A stretch of DNA of 64,000 nucleotides from an uncultured bacterium (GTDB lineage Bacteria; Bacteroidota; Bacteroidia; Bacteroidales; Bacteroidaceae): contig CAMBOH010000002.1 in assembly GCA_945869305.1 (NCBI GenBank), positions 698 through 64,697 on the forward strand, in the 5' to 3' direction. How positions within the stretch are numbered: position 1 is the first letter of the stretch; each line of letters starts with the position of its first letter. The notes under the pieces are model-generated. The model ran no database searches. It saw nothing but the letters and a program-made list of their open reading frames with translations, and had not been told where the DNA came from. The position numbers and the translations under genes are program-made. Positions 26,897-35,140 of this stretch are shown one piece after another.

Positions 26897-27027
26897 TTTC
26901 AACTCTTCAACTATCAACTCTTCAACTCTTCAGCTCTTAAACTCATCAACTCTTCAACTATCAACTCTTCGACTCTTCAACTATCAACTCTCAACTCCTC
27001 AACTCTTCGACTCTTCAACACAACTCC
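26897..27027. repeat. 7-8-nt TCAACT(C/A)-type low-complexity tandem tract
   Basis: tcaactcttcaactatcaactcttcaactcttcagctc... Confidence 0.85.
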
Positions 27028-27410
27028 TACTCGGTCTACGTGCTCACAGGCCTCTTCACCATCTACTACTATGCCAGCACGAAAGAAGAGGGCACCATCC
27101 AATGCAAAGGCAACATCGACTTCACCCTCACCTCCATCTCGATGCAGATCAACGAGAGCACCTCGCTGATTACGGACAATTGGGCTTCTGCCGACTGGCA
27201 GACACCCGCCGCTGCCGACGTGCCCGCCGGTGTTCTTGCCCTGCAAGTAGTTGATACCGAGACCTGGCAGGAACGCAACGCCATGGGCTTCAGCTTTGAC
27301 TTTGGCGGTGAGGTGACGAACCTGAACGGTGAGGTGACGAACCTGAACGGCGTGCTGAACGATGCCGAAGGCGACAACCTGCCGTGCTACGACCTGAGCG
27401 GACGCCGCAC
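27028..27410 (+). pseudogene. Remnant of the C-terminal part of a T9SS-type secreted protein
   Basis: Gene-like frame YSVYVLTGLFTIYYYAS...FSFDFGGEVTNLNGEVTNLNG...LPCYDLSGRR. There is no signal peptide, and it breaks off before the GxYI..K motif; internal 21-bp duplication. Confidence 0.6.
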
Positions 27411-27776
27411 GCTTTTTCGACAGCCTTCACACCGCAGGCAGACAACCACTCCGCCAACGGCCCGACCCACTCCACCGACAACTCGGCACTCAGAGCGGAC
27501 AACTCGGCACTCCGTCCAGTCTACATGCCGAGCCGACATGCCGGGAGAGCGGGCGTACCCCAGCCATTCAGGGTATTCGGGATGTTCCGCCGTTTCGGGG
27601 ATGTGACGGGATGTTCCGCCGTTTCGGGAGTTTCCGGATAATCCGAAGATACCAGATGAAATCTTTTTTCTAACTTTGCCAGCTCACAACCGGAGCCGGC
27701 TCTGCCGGTATGGCTGCCTGTGGGCACACCAGCCGCCGCAGCCCCAACTGCGCTCCACTATACTACTCACACAACC

Positions 27777-28520
27777 ATGCTTGAAATCAAGAATCTGCAC
27801 GCCTCGGTCGAAGGCAAAGAAATTCTGCGCGGTGTGAACCTGACCATCCGCGACGGCGAAGTGCACGTGCTGATGGGCCCCAACGGCTCAGGCAAGAGCA
27901 CGCTCAGCCAAGTGCTGGTGGGCAATCCCAAATATGAGGTAACCGAAGGCTCCGTCACCTTCAACGGCAAGGACCTGCTGGCCCTGTCGCCCGAAGACCG
28001 CTCACACGAGGGCATCTTCATGTCGTTTCAGGCCCCTACGGAGATTCCCGGGGTGTCGATGACGAACTTCATGCGCGCCGCCCTGAACGCCAAGCGCAAG
28101 TACTTCGGACAGGACCCCATGCCGGCAGGCGATTTTCTGAAACTGCTGAAGGAGAAACGCAAACTGGTGGGACTCGATGCCCACTTCATGAGCCGCGGCG
28201 TGAACGAGGGCTTCTCGGGAGGCGAACGCAAGCGCAACGAGATATTCCAGATGGCGGTGCTCGAACCGTCGTTCTCCATTCTGGACGAGACCGACTCGGG
28301 ACTCGATGTCGACGCCCTGCGCACGGTGGCCGAAGGCTTCAACTCGCTGCGCAACGCACATACCAGCGCCATGGTCATCACGCACTACCAGCGCATGCTG
28401 GACTACCTGAAGCCCGACTTCGTACACGTGCTGATGAAGGGGCAGATTGTGCGCGAAGGCACGGCAGAGCTGGGCTATGAAATCGAAGAAAAGGGATTTG
28501 ATTGGATTCTGCTTTCGTAA
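27777..28520 (+). CDS. sufC: Fe-S assembly ATPase SufC
   Basis: GPNGSGKST, VNEGFSGGERKRNE, LDETDSGLD and ITHYQR. Confidence 0.96.
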   Translation: MLEIKNLHASVEGKEILRGVNLTIRDGEVHVLMGPNGSGKSTLSQVLVGNPKYEVTEGSVTFNGKDLLALSPEDRSHEGIFMSFQAPTEIPGVSMTNFMRAALNAKRKYFGQDPMPAGDFLKLLKEKRKLVGLDAHFMSRGVNEGFSGGERKRNEIFQMAVLEPSFSILDETDSGLDVDALRTVAEGFNSLRNAHTSAMVITHYQRMLDYLKPDFVHVLMKGQIVREGTAELGYEIEEKGFDWILLS

Positions 28521-28528
28521 TTTGCGCC

Positions 28529-29902
28529 ATGAACAACAGTCATCAGCAATACATTGACCTCTACGAGGCCCACCGCGACCTGATCGAACGCCACAGCTGT
28601 GAGGCCCTGAACGCGCACCGGGCCGAGGCTGCCCGGCTGCTGGCCGCCCAGGGCCTGCCCGACCGGGGCACGGAACGCTACAAGTATACCGATGCCGCGG
28701 CGGCCTTCGAGCCTGACTTCGGGCTGAACCTCCAGCGCATCGTTCCGCAGATTGACCCCTACAAGGCCTTCGGATGCCGCGTGTCGGGCCTGGCCACTTC
28801 CCTGCTCTATGTGGTCAACGACGTGCCCTTCGGGCTCTCGCCCACCTCGGCCCCGCTGCCCGAGGGCGTGGTGGTGGAGTCCCTGGCCCAGGCTGCGGTG
28901 TCACACCCCGACCTGCTGCGCCGCTACTATAACCAGGCAGCCTGTACGGACCGCGACTTTGCGACGGGACACGACGGCGTGACGCTGCTGAACACCCTGC
29001 TGGCGCAGGACGGCGTGCTGGTTTACCTGCCCGAAGGGACAGAACTGAAGGCCCCGGTACAGGTGGTACACGTGTCGGCAGCCGCCACGGCGTGTATGAG
29101 CGTGCGCCGCGTGCTGGTCGTGGCCGAGAAGGGCGCACACGGCGCGATACTGCTGTGTGACCACGCCGAACAGGCCCACAGCTACCTCACCACCCAGGTG
29201 GTGGAGGTCTTTGCCGCAGAGGGGGCTGAAGTGGAACTGTACAGCATGGAGGAGAGCCACGCCCAGAACACGCGCTTCGCCACACTCTATGCCGAACTCC
29301 AGGCACACAGCCGCCTGAGCTACGACGGCGTGACGCTCACGGGCGGCACCACACGCAACCGCATGGACATCAGGCTGCGCGGCGAAGGAGCACAGACGGA
29401 GCTCTTCGGAGCCATCGTGGCCGACGGGGCGCAACGGGTGGACAACAACATCCTGGTCGAACACCTCGCCCCGCAGTGTACGAGCGACATGCTGTTCAAA
29501 TGCGTGCTCAACGGCGAGAGCCAAGGGGCATTTGCCGGCAAGGTGTATGTGGCTCCGGGCGCGCAGCAGACGGCTTCGCAACAGACGAACGCCAACCTCT
29601 GTGCCAGCCCCACAGCCCGCGCCTACTCGCAGCCCATGCTGGAAATCTACGCCGACGACGTGAAGTGCAACCACGGCTCAACCATCGGCAAGCTGGACGA
29701 AACAGCCCTGTTCTACCTGCAACAGCGCGGCATACCCCGCCGCGAAGCCTGCCTGCTGCTGCAACACGCCTTTGTCAACGAGGTGCTGCGCCACGTGGGC
29801 ATCGAACCGCTGTATGAACGGCTGACCCACTTGGTTGACCTGCGCTTCAGGGGCGAACTGGGCCGCTGCCGCACTTGTGGCGGATGCGGCGCGAAGCGAT
29901 GA
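28529..29902 (+). CDS. sufD: Fe-S assembly protein SufD
   Basis: ERYKYT and PMLEIYADDVKCNHGSTIG..ALFYLQQRGI. Confidence 0.93.
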   Translation: MNNSHQQYIDLYEAHRDLIERHSCEALNAHRAEAARLLAAQGLPDRGTERYKYTDAAAAFEPDFGLNLQRIVPQIDPYKAFGCRVSGLATSLLYVVNDVPFGLSPTSAPLPEGVVVESLAQAAVSHPDLLRRYYNQAACTDRDFATGHDGVTLLNTLLAQDGVLVYLPEGTELKAPVQVVHVSAAATACMSVRRVLVVAEKGAHGAILLCDHAEQAHSYLTTQVVEVFAAEGAEVELYSMEESHAQNTRFATLYAELQAHSRLSYDGVTLTGGTTRNRMDIRLRGEGAQTELFGAIVADGAQRVDNNILVEHLAPQCTSDMLFKCVLNGESQGAFAGKVYVAPGAQQTASQQTNANLCASPTARAYSQPMLEIYADDVKCNHGSTIGKLDETALFYLQQRGIPRREACLLLQHAFVNEVLRHVGIEPLYERLTHLVDLRFRGELGRCRTCGGCGAKR

Positions 29903-29923
29903 GACTATGCCGTAGGGCTTTCA

Positions 29924-30010
29924 TAGGTTATGAGGGATGAGGTTATGAGGTTATAACATTACTTTTTGATAGGCAGGGGGGGCACCACTCAAAGCGTAAC
30001 CTTATAACCT
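29924..30010. repeat. Palindromic GGTTATGA/TCATAACC element, copy A
   Basis: AGGTTATAACATTACT...CCACTCAAAGCGTAACCTTATAACCT; shares arms and core with the copy at 31617. Confidence 0.8.
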
Positions 30011-30041
30011 AATCACTAACACTTAATCACTAACACCTAAA

Positions 30042-31256
30042 ATGTACGACATATCTGCTGTCCGCGAGGACTTTCCCATATTGGGCCGCGAGGTGTACAA
30101 GCGGCCGCTGGTCTACCTGGACAACGCCGCGACGACCCAGAAGCCGCGCTGCGTGGTCGAAGCCATGACCAACGAATACTACACGGTGAACGCCAACGTG
30201 CACCGGGGCGTTCACTACCTTTCGGGACAAGCCACTGACCTGCACGAGGCTGCCCGCGAGAGGGTGCGCCGCTTCATCAATGCCCGCCGGGCTGACGAGG
30301 TGGTGTTTACGCGCGGTACGACCGAGAGCATCAACCTGGTGGCCTCCACATGGGGCGAAGCCTTCCTGCAAGCAGGCGACGAGGTGCTGCTCACGGTGAT
30401 GGAGCACCACAGCGACATCGTGCCCTGGCAGCTGCTGCGCGAACGCAAGGGCATCGTGCTGAAGGTGGTGCCCATGACCGACAGCGGTGAACTCGACTTG
30501 GAGGCTTATGCCGCCCTGCTCTCGCCGCGCACCAAGTTAGTGTGCTGCGCCCACGTGAGCAATGTGCTGGGCACGGTGAACCCCGTGAAGCGCATGGCCG
30601 AAATGGCCCATGCCCAAGGCGCGCTCATGCTGGTCGATGCCGCGCAGAGCGTGCCTCACTTCCAGGTCGATGTGCAGGAGCTCGGCTGCGACTTTCTGGC
30701 CTTCTCGGGCCACAAGGTCTACGGGCCTACGGGCATCGGCGTGCTGTATGGCCGCGAGGAACTGCTCGAACAGATGCCTCCCTATCAGGGCGGCGGCGAG
30801 ATGATTGGCCGCGTGACGTGGGAACACACCACCTTCGAGCGTCCGCCCTTCAGATTTGAGGCCGGCACGCCTGACTATGTGGGCACGCACGGCTTGGCTG
30901 CGGCCCTGGACTATGTGGACAAGCTGGGCATGGAGCAGATTCACGCCCACGAGCAGGAGATTACGCGTTACGCCATGGAACAGATGGCACTGATACCCGA
31001 CATGCACCTCTATGGCACCGCACCAGGCAAGGACGCCGTGGTGGCATTCAACGTGGGGGACATCCACCCGCTCGACCTGGGCACGCTGCTCGACAGGTTA
31101 GGCATAGCCATACGCACAGGCCACCACTGCGCACAACCCCTGATGGAACGCTGCGGCGTGGAGGGCATGGCCCGTGCCTCATTTGCGCTCTACACCACGC
31201 GCCAAGAGGTCGACGCGCTGGTTGAAGGCATCGACCGCGTGCGGCGCATGTTCTGA
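30042..31256 (+). CDS. sufS: Cysteine desulfurase SufS
   Basis: [23 protein letters not shown] and RTGHHCAQP. Confidence 0.96.
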   Translation: MYDISAVREDFPILGREVYKRPLVYLDNAATTQKPRCVVEAMTNEYYTVNANVHRGVHYLSGQATDLHEAARERVRRFINARRADEVVFTRGTTESINLVASTWGEAFLQAGDEVLLTVMEHHSDIVPWQLLRERKGIVLKVVPMTDSGELDLEAYAALLSPRTKLVCCAHVSNVLGTVNPVKRMAEMAHAQGALMLVDAAQSVPHFQVDVQELGCDFLAFSGHKVYGPTGIGVLYGREELLEQMPPYQGGGEMIGRVTWEHTTFERPPFRFEAGTPDYVGTHGLAAALDYVDKLGMEQIHAHEQEITRYAMEQMALIPDMHLYGTAPGKDAVVAFNVGDIHPLDLGTLLDRLGIAIRTGHHCAQPLMERCGVEGMARASFALYTTRQEVDALVEGIDRVRRMF

Positions 31257-31287
31257 ACTCTCCAATAACCCCAAAAACAACCACACT

Positions 31288-31605
31288 ATGATTCTCTCAA
31301 CAACTCCCACTCTGGAAGGTCGCCCCATCAGGCAGTACCACGGTGTGGTGACCTCCGAGGTCATCATCGGCGCAAACTTTGTGCGCGACATCGCAGCCAG
31401 CGTGCGCGACTTCTTCGGCGGACGCAGCCAAAGCTACGAAACCGTACTCATTGAGGCCAAACAGACTGCCCTTCGGGAACTGGAAAGCCGTGCCTCCCAA
31501 ATGGGTGCCAACGCTGTGGTTGGCATCGACCTGGACTACGAAACGATAGGTGCATCCGGCTCCATGCTCATGGTCACGGCCTGCGGCACGGCGGTCAGCA
31601 TCTGA
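31288..31605 (+). CDS. YbjQ (UPF0145) heavy-metal-binding domain protein
   Basis: [11 protein letters not shown]...[13 protein letters not shown]...GTAV. Confidence 0.92.
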   Translation: MILSTTPTLEGRPIRQYHGVVTSEVIIGANFVRDIAASVRDFFGGRSQSYETVLIEAKQTALRELESRASQMGANAVVGIDLDYETIGASGSMLMVTACGTAVSI

Positions 31606-31616
31606 CAGTTCTCTGA

Positions 31617-31816
31617 TTATGAGGTTATGAGGATTAGGTTATGAGGTTATAACATTACTATTAGAGCGTATGGCATCTCTGCCACTCAAAGCGTGACTTT
31701 ATAACCTCATAACCTTATCCCTCATAACCTAAACCTCATAACCTTATCCCTCATAACCTAAACCTCATAACCTTATCCCTCATAACCTAAACCTAATAAC
31801 CTTATCCTCGTAACCC
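31617..31816. repeat. Palindromic GGTTATGA/TCATAACC element, copy B, with three 29-bp tandem units
   Basis: Same core as copy A; right arm TTATCCCTCATAACCTAAACCTCATAACC x3. Confidence 0.88.
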
Positions 31817-31823
31817 AAAACAA

Positions 31824-32435
31824 ATGCCCATGCTATCACCCGTCTACAACAAGGAGGGCCTGCTCGAAGCGGGATGCGACGAAGCGGGCAGAGGCTGCCT
31901 GGCCGGCAGCGTGTTTGCTGCTGCGGTGGTGCTTCCGCCCGACTACCGCAACGAGGAGCTGAACGACTCCAAGCAGCTCAGCGCGAAACGCCGCTATGCC
32001 CTGAGGCAGGTGGTGGAACGCGATGCGCTGGCCTGGGCCGTGGCCCGCGTGGAGCCGCAGGAGATTGACCGCATCAACATCCTCAATGCCTCAATCCTGG
32101 CCATGCACCGTGCACTCGACCAGCTGAAGCTGCGTCCGCAGTTTGTCATTGTCGACGGCAACCGCTTCAAGCCGTATGCCGATGTGCCGCACCAGACTAT
32201 CGTAAAAGGCGACGGCAAATATCTCTCGATTGCCGCCGCCTCCATTCTGGCCAAGACCTACCGCGATGACTACATGCTGCAACTGCACCAGGAGTTTCCC
32301 CACTACGGCTGGGACCGCAACATGGGCTACCCTACCCGCGAACACCGCCAGGCCATCGCAGACCACGGCATCACGCCCTACCACCGCCTGAGCTTCGGCG
32401 GACTGGGCGAGCCCCAATTGCCTTTGGAATACTGA
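31824..32435 (+). CDS. rnhB: Ribonuclease HII
   Basis: GCDEAGRG, DSKQLS, VDGN, KGDG..SIAAASILAK and GYPT..H. Confidence 0.96.
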   Translation: MPMLSPVYNKEGLLEAGCDEAGRGCLAGSVFAAAVVLPPDYRNEELNDSKQLSAKRRYALRQVVERDALAWAVARVEPQEIDRINILNASILAMHRALDQLKLRPQFVIVDGNRFKPYADVPHQTIVKGDGKYLSIAAASILAKTYRDDYMLQLHQEFPHYGWDRNMGYPTREHRQAIADHGITPYHRLSFGGLGEPQLPLEY

Positions 32436-32563
32436 CGAAGGCGGGAAACAAGGACCAGCCCCAAAGCTTCGCAGGCAGCTCAGCTGCCGCTGGCTGACCA
32501 GCGAAGCTGCCTGCAAAGCCTGGAATCCCGTTCACATCACTGACAGACGGACCAGGGATGGGA

Positions 32564-32622
32564 GACTGCAGAAGGCTTCATGGCCAACCCCAACGGTGTT
32601 GGCCATGAAGCCTTCTGCAGTC
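32564..32622. terminator. Perfect 25-bp stem-loop between convergent rnhB and speA
   Basis: GACTGCAGAAGGCTTCATGGCCAAC-9 nt-GTTGGCCATGAAGCCTTCTGCAGTC; no U-tract. Confidence 0.65.
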
Positions 32623-32652
32623 CATGTTGGCCTGTGGCAGCACTCCCGGCGG

Positions 32653-34545
32653 CTACTCCAGATAGGTGTAGCCGTAGAGGCCGGAACGGTAGTTGGAGAT
32701 GAACTCCTTGCCCTCCTCGACGGTGATGCGGTCTTCCTTCACGGCCTTGCTGACCCACGTTTCGAGGCGGCGCACCAGCCGCTTGGGGTCATACTGCACG
32801 TACTCCAGCACGTCGGCCACGGTCTCGCCGTCGATGGTCTTGTCTATGCTGTAGCCGTCAGCATCGACCGTCACGTGTACGGCGTTGGTGTCGCCGAAGA
32901 GGTTGTGCATGTTGCCCAGGATTTCCTGATAGGCTCCCACGAGGAAGACGCCGATGTAGTAGTGTTCGCCCTCGCGGATGGGATGGAGGGGCAGGTAGGA
33001 CGTCTGCTGGTTGTAGTTGACGTAGGCCGAAATCTTGCCGTCGGAGTCACACGTGATGTCCTGGATGGTGGCCGAGCGTATGGGCTTCTCGTCCAGCCGC
33101 TCAATGGGCATGATGGGGAAGAGCTGGTCGATGCCCCAGGAGTCGGGAAGCGACTGGAAGAGGGAGAAGTTGCAGAAGTACTTGTCGGACATCATCTTGT
33201 CGAGCTTGCGCAGCTCGTCGGGCACGTGCTTCTGGTGGTGTACGAGTTCGCTGATTTCGTGTGAGATGCTCCAATACAGGCTCTCAATCTGGGCCCGCGT
33301 CTTGAGGTCGATGATGCCGTGGCGGAAGAGGTCGAGGGCCTCGTCGCGGATGTCCTGTGCGTCGTGCCAGTCTTCGAGCATGGAACGTGTGGAGAGCTTG
33401 TCCCAGATCTCGGTGAGGTCGTGTACGAGCTGGTGGTCCTGTTCGGTGGGCTGGAACTCCTCGTCCATGTGGGGCATGCTGACACTCTCCATCACGTCGA
33501 CAATGAGCACGGAGTGGTGGGCCGTGAGGGAGCGTCCGCCCTCGGTGATGAGGTTGGGATGCGGAATGTCGTTCTTGTTGGCGGCGTCGACAAAGGTGTA
33601 GACGCAGTCGTTCACATACTCCTGGATGGAGTAGTTCACCGAGCTCTCGGAGTTGCTCGAACGGGTTCCGTCGTAGTCCACGCCCAGACCTCCGCCGCAG
33701 TCGACAAACTCAATCTTGAAGCCCAGGGCGTGGAGCTGCACGTAGAACTGGGCCGCCTCGCGCAGGGCGGTCGAGATGCGGCGTATCTTGGTGATTTGCG
33801 AACCGATGTGGAAGTGGATGAGCTTGAGGCAGTCGTGCATGCCCATTTCGTCGAGCATCTTGAGCGCATCGAGCAGCTCTGAGGAGTTGAGTCCGAACTT
33901 TGAGGCATCGCCGCCGCTCTCCTGCCACTTGCCGGTGCCTGAGGCCGCCAGCTTGATGCGTATGCCCAGATTGGGGCGTACGCCCAGCTTCTCGGCTGTC
34001 TGTGCGATGGTGTAGAGCTCAGGCAGCTTTTCGACCACGAGAAACACGCGCTTGCCCATCTTCTGGCCGAGCAGGGCGAGCTCGATGAAGTTCTGGTCCT
34101 TGTGGCCGTTACAGATGATGAGACTGTCGGAGTCCATGTTGGTGGCCAACACGGCGTGGAGCTCAGGCTTCGAGCCGGCCTCCAGACCCAGGTTGTACTT
34201 CTTGCCGTGGCTGATGATTTCCTCCACGACAGGGCGCATCTGGTTGACCTTGATGGGATAGATGATGAAGTGTTCGGCCTTGTAGTCGTATTCGGCGGCT
34301 GCGCGTGTGAAGCAGTCGGAGGTCTTTTCAATCCTGTTGTCGAGTATGTCGGGGAAGCGCAGAAGCACGGGAGCGGTAATGTCGCGCGAGTTGAGTTCGT
34401 CAACGACTTCCTTGAGGTCGACGCGCACGGTGTCCTTACGGGGTGACACGTAGACGTGGCCTTTTTCGTTTATGCCAAAGTAGTTGACTCCCCAACCTTT
34501 GATGTTGTAGAGTTCCTCGGAATCTTCAATTCTCCATTTACGCAT
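32653..34545 (-). CDS. speA: Biosynthetic arginine decarboxylase
   Basis: YPIKVNQ, EAGSKPE, HFHIGSQ, TCDSDG and GAYQEILG. Confidence 0.96.
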   Translation of the reverse strand: MRKWRIEDSEELYNIKGWGVNYFGINEKGHVYVSPRKDTVRVDLKEVVDELNSRDITAPVLLRFPDILDNRIEKTSDCFTRAAAEYDYKAEHFIIYPIKVNQMRPVVEEIISHGKKYNLGLEAGSKPELHAVLATNMDSDSLIICNGHKDQNFIELALLGQKMGKRVFLVVEKLPELYTIAQTAEKLGVRPNLGIRIKLAASGTGKWQESGGDASKFGLNSSELLDALKMLDEMGMHDCLKLIHFHIGSQITKIRRISTALREAAQFYVQLHALGFKIEFVDCGGGLGVDYDGTRSSNSESSVNYSIQEYVNDCVYTFVDAANKNDIPHPNLITEGGRSLTAHHSVLIVDVMESVSMPHMDEEFQPTEQDHQLVHDLTEIWDKLSTRSMLEDWHDAQDIRDEALDLFRHGIIDLKTRAQIESLYWSISHEISELVHHQKHVPDELRKLDKMMSDKYFCNFSLFQSLPDSWGIDQLFPIMPIERLDEKPIRSATIQDITCDSDGKISAYVNYNQQTSYLPLHPIREGEHYYIGVFLVGAYQEILGNMHNLFGDTNAVHVTVDADGYSIDKTIDGETVADVLEYVQYDPKRLVRRLETWVSKAVKEDRITVEEGKEFISNYRSGLYGYTYLE

Positions 34546-34572
34546 GGGCAACCTTGTGATGATGTGTGGGTT

Positions 34573-35100
34573 TTAGAGACTTAGGGTTTGCTTGATTTGG
34601 TCGGTGACAAGCTGAATCTTGTCGAAAGAGTCGAGCACGTCGACCTCGATGGTGTGACGTGCCTTTTCGTAGAAGGGCCTTCGTTCGGCGAGCTGCTCCG
34701 TGACAAAGGTGCGCAGCTCCTCGGGCGTTTTCCCCTTCAGCAGCGGCCGCTCTCCGCGGCTCATGCTGAGGTGTTGCAGAATGGTGTCGGGCGATGCCTG
34801 GAGGTAGCAGGTCTGCGACACGGTGTTCAGGTAGTCCATGTTGTCGAAATGGCAGGGCGTGCCGCCGCCACACGACAACACGATGTTCTCAAACTCGGCC
34901 ACCTCGTGCAGCATGCGGCGCTCCAGGTCGCGGAAGCGCGCCTCGCCCTCTTCGGCAAATATCTTGGCCACCTTGGTGTGGAAGCGTTCCTCGATATACC
35001 AGTCGAGGTCGTAGAACACAAGGCCCAGCTCCTTGGCCAGTGCCTTGCCGGTCGTGGTCTTGCCCACACACATGTAGCCTATCAGGGTGATGCTCTGCAT
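34573..35100 (-). CDS. aroK: Shikimate kinase
   Basis: GYMCVGKTT, DLDWYIE, GEARFR, SCGGG and RPLL. Confidence 0.93.
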   Translation of the reverse strand: MQSITLIGYMCVGKTTTGKALAKELGLVFYDLDWYIEERFHTKVAKIFAEEGEARFRDLERRMLHEVAEFENIVLSCGGGTPCHFDNMDYLNTVSQTCYLQASPDTILQHLSMSRGERPLLKGKTPEELRTFVTEQLAERRPFYEKARHTIEVDVLDSFDKIQLVTDQIKQTLSL

Positions 35101-35140
35101 GGGATAAAGGTTGGTGATATTCTTTGAAGGGCCGTATGCC

